Shown here piece after piece: positions 57,602-64,000 of a stretch of 64,000 bases of DNA. The notes beneath the pieces are model-generated. The model searched no databases. It saw only the letters and a program-made list of their open reading frames with translations, and was not told where the DNA came from. Made by a program: the position numbers and the translations under genes. The DNA lies in IMG/VR virus record IMGVR_UViG_3300037722_000409, positions 28,322-92,321 of that record. The stretch is one strand, 5' to 3'. The first letter of the stretch is position 1; each line of letters begins with the position of its first letter. Origin of the DNA: a virus.

Positions 57602-57769
57602 ATGCCATTCGCCGGCTACAGGGACTTTGACGACTGTGTGAGCAAGAACAGAGATAAGTCGGACCCATCCGCGTATTGCGGGTCCATCAAGGCCAAGACC
57701 GAGAAGCTGCTCAAGGAGCGGCAGGTGCTCAAGGGCCTGGAAGCCATGATGGAGGGCTTCCGCAAATGA
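57602..57769 (+). CDS. 55-aa protein MPFAGYRDFDDCVSKN...AYCGSIK (not in ORF track)
   Basis: GAGG RBS, open frame with typical codon use, C-x13-C motif. Confidence 0.7.
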   Translation: MPFAGYRDFDDCVSKNRDKSDPSAYCGSIKAKTEKLLKERQVLKGLEAMMEGFRK

Positions 57770-57816
57770 GGCGACGAACCAGAGTCACCCTCGTTGAGGG
57801 AAGAGGTTAATAGATA

Positions 57817-58446
57817 ATGTCACTGCCAGGAATTGGATTCAATGATAGCTCGGACTTTCCGCGCTCCGTGAAAGAGTCCGCAACCACGCTTCCCTTCATG
57901 AAGGGCGGGAGCAAGACCCTAACAACCACCGCGGTTGACGAGAACATCGTGCTGGTCAGCGCCCTGCGCCGGTTCGAGAACACACTCATCGTGGCTACAG
58001 GTACCCACACGGGCGCCAACAACGCGGCTGTGCTGACCGACAGCGCTGGGGACTTCATCAACAAGGGCGTGCAGGTAGGCGACACGGTAAACAACACCAC
58101 CGACGTGTCGAGCGCCGTAATCACGGCGGTCACCGCCACCACCATCACCGGCGTGCTGTCCGGCGGTACCGACGACGACTGGGACTCGACCGACGCCTAC
58201 ACCGTAGACAAGACGGTGACCCACCAGAACGCCAGGGCGACCGAGATCCGGAAGGTGGCCTTCATCACCGACCTCGCCTGTTATATACGCTTCGACGGGG
58301 ACGCGTCCGCTACCAACTTCACCGTGGAGCTGGCCGCCGGGGAGGCGTACAGTGACGAGAACATACGCATCGCGTCCCGGATAAGCTTCATCCAGAAGAC
58401 CGGGGTCGAGACCCCCACGGTCCGGTTCGCGGTGTACGGGGTATAG
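57817..58446 (+). CDS. virion structural protein
   Basis: T-rich beta protein in the structural cluster. Confidence 0.55.
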   Translation: MSLPGIGFNDSSDFPRSVKESATTLPFMKGGSKTLTTTAVDENIVLVSALRRFENTLIVATGTHTGANNAAVLTDSAGDFINKGVQVGDTVNNTTDVSSAVITAVTATTITGVLSGGTDDDWDSTDAYTVDKTVTHQNARATEIRKVAFITDLACYIRFDGDASATNFTVELAAGEAYSDENIRIASRISFIQKTGVETPTVRFAVYGV

Positions 58447-59682
58447 ATGCCGTTTGTCCCAGGGAGCCACTACATCCTGGTAGACGGGTTGCCGGTCAGC
58501 ACCGACAACCCACTACCGTTCGAGTTCGGGGACTCGGCCGCCATCGACCCGGTCGCGCGCCTACGGGTGTCTACTGGATACACGTTGTTCGACTACAAGC
58601 ACACCCACGATAAGGCGCCGCTGTTCTTCGACGAGGTTATCGTTAACGGGTCCGGGAACGCCGCGTCGACACACGTTCCAGCAAACGCGGACATCTTGAT
58701 GCACGTCGAGGCCGGGGACAGTATCATCCGGCAAACGTTCCGACGGTTCAACCACCAGCCTGGAAAGGGGCAAAACGGGCTGTTCACCTCCGTCCTGGGA
58801 GCAGCGGCCAGCGGGGTAACGGCTCGGTGCGGTATCTTCGACGACAACAACGGCTGCTTCTTTCAAGTGACGAGCGCCGGAATTGCGGTGGGAAAGCGCA
58901 AGAGCGCCGTGGACACGATAGTCGCACAAGCTGACTGGAACCTGGACAAGCTCGACGGCACCGGCGTGTCAGGTGTCACGATCGACACGACAAAGGGCCA
59001 GGTGTTCAGCATAGACTTCCAGTGGCTAGGGCTTGGTCGGGTGAGGTTCGGTATCTTCTCTGACGGGATCGTCGCATACTGCCACGAGTTTAACCACAGC
59101 AACGTTTCTACGTCGGTGTTCATGACCACCCCCAACTTGCCGATACGATATTCCATCGTATCCACCGACGCCACCGCCGAGATGACCCACATCTGCAGCA
59201 CGGTCGTGTCTGAGGGCGGGCTGGACCCGAACGGAGTGCTTCGGTACTTCTCCACCAACGGGACTCACGTGGATGCAAACGTAGTGAACACGGTGTACGC
59301 GGTGGTTGGACTCCGGCTAAAGTCCGCTCAGCTCGACGTAGTTTGCCTGATAGAGCAGCTGACCATGCTGTCACAGACCAAGGAGGACTTTGAGTGGATA
59401 TTGCTCTTTGACCCTGTGGTGGCAGGCACGTTTACCTACGGTGATGAGACCAACTCCGCGCTTCAAACGGCGAGGGGCGCCACGGCGAACACGGTCACCG
59501 GCGGGACGGCCGTTCAGGGAGGATTTGTCGAGAACTCCCAGCACCTGGCCACGTCCTTGCGAGACCCTCTATACCTTGGGTCTAAGATAGACGGGACCCA
59601 ACAGACCCTGGTGCTGTGCGTGCGGCCGTTCGCGGCTAACGCAGACATACAAGGTGGGCTAATTGTCAGGGAGCTGCTGTGA
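58447..59682 (+). CDS. virion structural protein (concanavalin-like beta fold suspected)
   Basis: RLRVS..YTLFD..QPGK..DFQWLGLGRVRFG..TPNLPIRY. Confidence 0.6.
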   Translation: MPFVPGSHYILVDGLPVSTDNPLPFEFGDSAAIDPVARLRVSTGYTLFDYKHTHDKAPLFFDEVIVNGSGNAASTHVPANADILMHVEAGDSIIRQTFRRFNHQPGKGQNGLFTSVLGAAASGVTARCGIFDDNNGCFFQVTSAGIAVGKRKSAVDTIVAQADWNLDKLDGTGVSGVTIDTTKGQVFSIDFQWLGLGRVRFGIFSDGIVAYCHEFNHSNVSTSVFMTTPNLPIRYSIVSTDATAEMTHICSTVVSEGGLDPNGVLRYFSTNGTHVDANVVNTVYAVVGLRLKSAQLDVVCLIEQLTMLSQTKEDFEWILLFDPVVAGTFTYGDETNSALQTARGATANTVTGGTAVQGGFVENSQHLATSLRDPLYLGSKIDGTQQTLVLCVRPFAANADIQGGLIVRELL

Positions 59683-59832
59683 TTACAAACGTCTTGTTGC
59701 TGGTAATAATCGGCCTCATGCTGTCGAGCAAGCTGGACAGGCGGCGTAAGTCTATTGTCGTTAATTTAATAAAGCGCGCTCTTAGGCGCAAGTAGTCGAA
59801 CCAGGATTTTATAACGCGCGCGGAGATTTACC

Positions 59833-60435
59833 ATGCCATTCGAACCAAGCTCAGCTGGGGTTGTAGCTGACCTCGCCGTAATAGACGGCTTTCACGACGT
59901 GCCGGCGGCTGACGACGCTGGCAACGTGGTAATGAGAGACGTCATTGGAAACAAAGAGGACGCTGCCGCTGCTGGAGCTGTCTCTACAACTGAGTCGCTT
60001 ATGGCCTACGCCAAGCAGATCGTGACCTTCCAGAACGCTGAAGCCCTATCGATTGGACAACGTCAAGTTTCAGCCACCACCTTCGACCTGGCGCAAGCAG
60101 CTGCCTCCTACGTGCTCTTCACGGGGACGTCGCAGGTGTTCATGCTGACCGGCCTGAGCTTCAAGATGCCCAACGTGGACGCGTCGGACGACGCCGCGCT
60201 GACCAGCATCGCGATAGCCACCGACGACGTGACCCCAAGCGTGATAATCAGCGCTGTAACAGGCGCGGTGGCTAACCTAGACGCCGAGGCCGAACTGTCC
60301 TGGACCGGCTTGGTGCGGATAGAGGTCGGGACCGAGATCGAGATAACGATCGCTGGCGGCGCCGCAGACGAGGCGACCGTGACTGACATCGTGGTTGAGG
60401 GCTACGCGGTGGTCGCTGGTGGGAACCTCGCGTAA
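59833..60435 (+). CDS. virion structural protein
   Basis: A/V/T-rich beta protein. Confidence 0.55.
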   Translation: MPFEPSSAGVVADLAVIDGFHDVPAADDAGNVVMRDVIGNKEDAAAAGAVSTTESLMAYAKQIVTFQNAEALSIGQRQVSATTFDLAQAAASYVLFTGTSQVFMLTGLSFKMPNVDASDDAALTSIAIATDDVTPSVIISAVTGAVANLDAEAELSWTGLVRIEVGTEIEITIAGGAADEATVTDIVVEGYAVVAGGNLA

Positions 60436-60914
60436 TGGCTACCTTTATCAATGGGGTGGAACAATTTATATCAGATCCTAATGAACAAATCGTGATTAAA
60501 GCTTCGAACGAGGCGGTAAGTGACTCGACTACGTTACAGAACGACGACGAACTTGTCCTTCCAGTAGAAGCTAACTCACAGTATATTCTGCGCTTATATC
60601 TGCGGTATACGGCGCCAACAACTTCTGGGGTGAAAACTGGATGGGCCGTTCCGTCAGGAGCTACCATGGCTTGGGCGGCTATCGGGAGTTTTACGTTAGC
60701 CTTTGGAACGGCTGGAGCCCTATCTCTTACAGAAGCGCAAACTGGCCACTCCGGAACTGCGACAGCAACAGACAGAATAGATCACTATATTGGCCTAGTA
60801 AATGTCGGGGCCACGGCCGGCAACGTGCAACTGCAGTGGGCGCAGTTCAATCAGACCGTAGAAGATACGGTAGTTAAAGCAGACTCGTACTTGAAATTAA
60901 CTAAGGTGGCATAA
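60435..60914 (+). CDS. fibre/appendage protein with FINGVxQ N-terminus
   Basis: STTLQNDDELVLPV..GNVQLQWAQ..SYL resembles a fibre tip domain. Confidence 0.6.
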   Translation: MATFINGVEQFISDPNEQIVIKASNEAVSDSTTLQNDDELVLPVEANSQYILRLYLRYTAPTTSGVKTGWAVPSGATMAWAAIGSFTLAFGTAGALSLTEAQTGHSGTATATDRIDHYIGLVNVGATAGNVQLQWAQFNQTVEDTVVKADSYLKLTKVA

Positions 60915-61130
60915 GAGGGCAATGGAAGTATTTTACACCAGAGACGCTGAAAGGGCGTTAGAAATTGCGGCGGCAGAAGCCCTCGGATTTACACTCTTGC
61001 ATGACGATTTCCTAGCTGGCGGTGTTAAAAGATTGACCTTTGAAGTCGCCGCGCGCGTTAGTCCAAGTGCAGTAGACCCCGCGGAACAGAGCAGGCTCAT
61101 TTCAGCCTTGCTTACGGAGTATCCTTCATA

Positions 61131-61319
61131 ATGCCAGTATTTATAAACGGGGTTGCGCAAGACGGAGCTACCGTGGTTATCAATGGTGTCTTGCAAGTTG
61201 TAGAGTGCGAGGCCGCGGTAGACCACCTGGGGTCGTCCTTTAATATATCTGAAGTAGGAGTTGACCTGGGAGTTCAAGAGGGAACAATAACATCTAGCTT
61301 TATGGCGGTGGTCACTTAA
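61131..61319 (+). CDS. small virion protein with FINGVxQ N-terminus
   Basis: MPVFINGVAQ..VINGVLQ. Confidence 0.55.
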   Translation: MPVFINGVAQDGATVVINGVLQVVECEAAVDHLGSSFNISEVGVDLGVQEGTITSSFMAVVT

Positions 61320-61927
61320 TGACAAAGGAAAGAATGAAACCAGCACCTCCTACAGTGGCCGTGTACTGGCAAGCTACGGTTACCAAAACGGACTCTGGGA
61401 AGTTGGTTCGCAAGACCAGAAGGTACAGAGCGCGCTCATTTGTTGGCCAGTTTATCCAGGTGGTAAACAGAAATATATTTGGACAGGCACAGTCAGCGAC
61501 TGGTATAGACTCGGTGAGCTACTCGCTTTCTGCTACCTCCCCAAATATCGATGCTGTCGTGTCTGGGTTTGGGATTGAGGCAAAGGGAATTGTTGCTGGA
61601 CTAGGAAATACCGCTGTCGCCGCAACAGATACCTATTTAGCAACTCCCATTGTTAGCGGCACTGGAACCAACCAGCTCGTATACAATGCAACAACTGGAG
61701 AGGGCGCGGTTGGTGTCGGTGCAAGTCTGACGTCGCAAGATCTTACCAGGAGCTTAGGTAACTCTTCGGGGGCCGCTGTTCTTGTAGAGGAAATAGGCCT
61801 AGTTGTTTCACAGCAAATTGCGGCAACTCAAAGAGGGTTCTTGATTTTGCGGGACTTGACAGGGACGATCACTGTCGGAGACGGTGAGTCGTTAACTATC
61901 ACGTACACAATTCAAACAAGCATCTAG
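61319..61927 (+). CDS. virion structural protein
   Basis: GIVAGLGNTAVAATDTYL..EEIGL..LTITYTI. Confidence 0.55.
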   Translation: MTKERMKPAPPTVAVYWQATVTKTDSGKLVRKTRRYRARSFVGQFIQVVNRNIFGQAQSATGIDSVSYSLSATSPNIDAVVSGFGIEAKGIVAGLGNTAVAATDTYLATPIVSGTGTNQLVYNATTGEGAVGVGASLTSQDLTRSLGNSSGAAVLVEEIGLVVSQQIAATQRGFLILRDLTGTITVGDGESLTITYTIQTSI

Positions 61928-61994
61928 CTCGGTGAGCAAAATGTGGGCGCTGCTGCGAAATATCTAGGTTTGTGAGCGAGGACTTTAGGGTAAG

Positions 61995-62798
61995 ATGCCG
62001 ATTTTTATAAATGGAATAGACCAGACACCGCAGGAGAGCATCGCGGTTATCGAGGGCGAGGCTCAGATAGACCTGAATCGCCTTGTTGTGGAAGGTACGG
62101 GGTCGGGTGAAAACGTTCTATCAGTCTTAGGAAGTAGCGCTGGTACGTTTCTCCTGGGCGACAGAGGGGCGGCAGCAGACTTAAAAGATGTGCGCCTTTC
62201 CGTAACTAACCAAATCCTAGAGATCACTCAACTCAACGACAACGGGACACAGAAGCAGACCGCCCTGTCTGTATCAGCAGCAGGGGTAGTAGACTTCCCC
62301 GTCGTACCAACACTCTCCGGTGGGGCGATATCCTTCCCGGCCACGCAGGTAGCCTCGGCCGGGGCCAACACGCTGGACGACTACGAAGAGGGGACGTGGA
62401 CGCCGGCGCTGGCCGATGACTCACTGGATGGTTCCGGCGAAACGCAAGTGTATGGTATACAGGTGGGCACCTATGTAAAGGTTGGCCAACTTGTAACTAT
62501 ACAAGGGCGATTATCAACAACCTCTATAGGATCACTCACCACAACCCAACAAGCGCGTATCGTGGGTCTGCCATTTGTAGCGCGTACTTTGACAAATAAT
62601 TTTGGCTCCCTGACTGTCACCAGCGGCTCAGGTTGGGCCAATTCCAACGCATCTACCGTTACCGGAACTATAGGGTCTGCGGCCCAGTTTGCTCCCCTGG
62701 TAGCGTTAGACGGCGTGGATGGCGCCTCAGCATTTCTGATTTCTGAATGGTCGGCAGATGGCGGGGCCCTATTTTATGGGCACTATCAAGCAGCTTGA
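61995..62798 (+). CDS. tail-fibre-like protein
   Basis: ANTLDDYEEGTWTP..GTYVKVGQLV..GLPF fibre C-terminal motif. Confidence 0.7.
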   Translation: MPIFINGIDQTPQESIAVIEGEAQIDLNRLVVEGTGSGENVLSVLGSSAGTFLLGDRGAAADLKDVRLSVTNQILEITQLNDNGTQKQTALSVSAAGVVDFPVVPTLSGGAISFPATQVASAGANTLDDYEEGTWTPALADDSLDGSGETQVYGIQVGTYVKVGQLVTIQGRLSTTSIGSLTTTQQARIVGLPFVARTLTNNFGSLTVTSGSGWANSNASTVTGTIGSAAQFAPLVALDGVDGASAFLISEWSADGGALFYGHYQAA

Positions 62799-62807
62799 GG
62801 AGGAATC

Positions 62808-63062
62808 ATGGCACTCACTGAAAGAACCGAAATCGGACAGAGAACAATCCTTCCCGACGGACAAATTCAGGTCCGCACCGACACGATCATCGAACGCGAC
62901 GGTGTGGAGATCTCCCGCACGTATCATCGCGACGTAGTGTCACCAGGTGACAACGTTAGCGCTCGAGATGAGTCTATACGGCGCATCGTGGCGCTTGAGC
63001 ACACGCAAGCGGTAATCAATGAGTTTAGGGCAAAGCAAGCGCTGACCCAAGATGAGAGGTAA
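62808..63062 (+). CDS. fibre-associated small protein
   Basis: IQVRTDTIIERDGVEISRTYHR, typical of the partner gene following DDYEEG-type fibres. Confidence 0.6.
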   Translation: MALTERTEIGQRTILPDGQIQVRTDTIIERDGVEISRTYHRDVVSPGDNVSARDESIRRIVALEHTQAVINEFRAKQALTQDER

Positions 63063-63070
63063 CAATTGAA

Positions 63071-63337
63071 ATGGTTACGCCCGATCAAATAAAAGCAGAG
63101 ACACAGCGGGAGATGCTCACCCAGCTTCGCATAGACGTAGCGGTTATGCGTGAGCGCACGGAGTCAGTCCCAGAGCTGTGCCGAACACTCGCCAACCGCT
63201 TAACTGTGGTTGAGAAGTCACTTCAAGACACGGAGACCAACGTTAAGTGGCTTAAGCGTGGCATGCTTGGCGGGGTGCCTGCTATCGGGGTCTTGATCAC
63301 CACCGCCATGGGGTTTCTAACCGGATTAGGAAAGTAA
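63071..63337 (+). CDS. coiled-coil protein with C-terminal TM segment (XhlA/holin-like)
   Basis: Heptad region followed by a hydrophobic C-terminus. Confidence 0.5.
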   Translation: MVTPDQIKAETQREMLTQLRIDVAVMRERTESVPELCRTLANRLTVVEKSLQDTETNVKWLKRGMLGGVPAIGVLITTAMGFLTGLGK

Positions 63338-63347
63338 GGAGCACACA

Positions 63348-64000
63348 ATGCCAATTGGAACACCTCTCACCGCGGTGTGGTTGTATGATGACTCCGCTAC
63401 CGCGTTTGTAAATAGCACGATAGAGGCGCAGACAGACGGAGGTACCGTGTTTGCCTTGATGGGTGAGGCCGCCGACTACCTCTATTTCGGGTTCAGCCGT
63501 CGGTTCGACGCCGTGATGTACGTGCTTACCACCGCTGGAAACTACGGCGCCTTGACCTGGGAGTACGGCGCGAGCGTGTCGAGCTGGCTACAGTTCGTCC
63601 CGCTGGTAGACGGGCAGTTCGAGACGACGCCACAGTTCATGCTTTGGGACCACCGTGGCTCTTCCATCGACACGGCCTGGGCCGCCTTTGCCATAACCAC
63701 AGCGGCACCTCACACGGTGGGGTCGGTACCAGACAGCACCGCTCGGTACTGGATCCGGGTGTCGGTGGCGTCAGTGACCACCGCGGCTACCGCAGAGAGC
63801 ATCGTGTGTCGTCCGTACGTCACGTACGCCACTCCAGTGGACGTGCAGAAGCAACTTCAGCTGTCTACGGCGTATAGCGCTTCCTCCAATCCAGACATCT
63901 TCACCATCGAGGACATGATCCGTGGGGTGGAGGATCACCTGATATACACCATGGGCGAGAGCTGGCGCGTGGAGTTCGAGTCCGACGAGGACCTGAACTT
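63348..64000 (+). CDS. head-tail adaptor-like protein with N-terminal beta domain, 3'-truncated
   Basis: AAGGAG RBS, frame open to the window end, YATPVDVQKQLQL...IEDMIRGVEDHL..GESWR. Confidence 0.6.
   Translation, partial: MPIGTPLTAVWLYDDSATAFVNSTIEAQTDGGTVFALMGEAADYLYFGFSRRFDAVMYVLTTAGNYGALTWEYGASVSSWLQFVPLVDGQFETTPQFMLWDHRGSSIDTAWAAFAITTAAPHTVGSVPDSTARYWIRVSVASVTTAATAESIVCRPYVTYATPVDVQKQLQLSTAYSASSNPDIFTIEDMIRGVEDHLIYTMGESWRVEFESDEDLN

Noticed and set aside
63644-63877. 77-aa + strand ORF
   Set aside because: It lies out of frame within the longer unterminated ORF starting at 63348.
1-64000. Alternative genetic code, integrase/prophage boundary or diversity-generating retroelement
   Set aside because: Long ORFs read cleanly in the standard code, with TAG and TGA as real stops. 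No integrase, reverse transcriptase, TR/VR pair or host genes are visible.

Overview
This 64-kb window is part of a large tailed dsDNA phage (Caudoviricetes, HK97-fold). Essentially all credible genes lie on the + strand. The left end holds terminase large subunit, a GroES co-chaperonin, portal, a MuF-like head protein and nucleotide-metabolism genes (ssb, DEDDh exonuclease, HAD nucleotidase). The middle holds many small early/accessory genes with sigma70-type promoters (several leaderless), rusA, two tRNAs (Thr-TGT, Leu-TAA) and several candidate structured RNAs, including a duplicated ~165-nt covarying pseudoknotted RNA. The right end holds the prohead protease, scaffold, major capsid protein, decoration/fibre-like proteins and a truncated head-tail adaptor. 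The most striking feature is a set of six, possibly seven, 'polyvalent' proteins (ORFs 18577, 26802, 29854, 33460, 44332, 47279 and perhaps 46763). In these, most enzyme domains (about ten ADP-ribosyltransferase-like domains, a zincin peptidase, a GNAT and a topoisomerase IB) follow a conserved ~26-aa tag, [ILV]xK-A-x-PPRPGL(V/I)PQSGDWxxPxRW(V/I)RP. There are 13 copies plus 3 variants. SF2 helicase, Nudix and degenerate methyltransferase domains occur in the same proteins, and the last one carries the prohead protease at its C-terminus. I infer a system of tagged, protease-released capsid cargo. All family calls come from motif recognition by eye; no database search was run.
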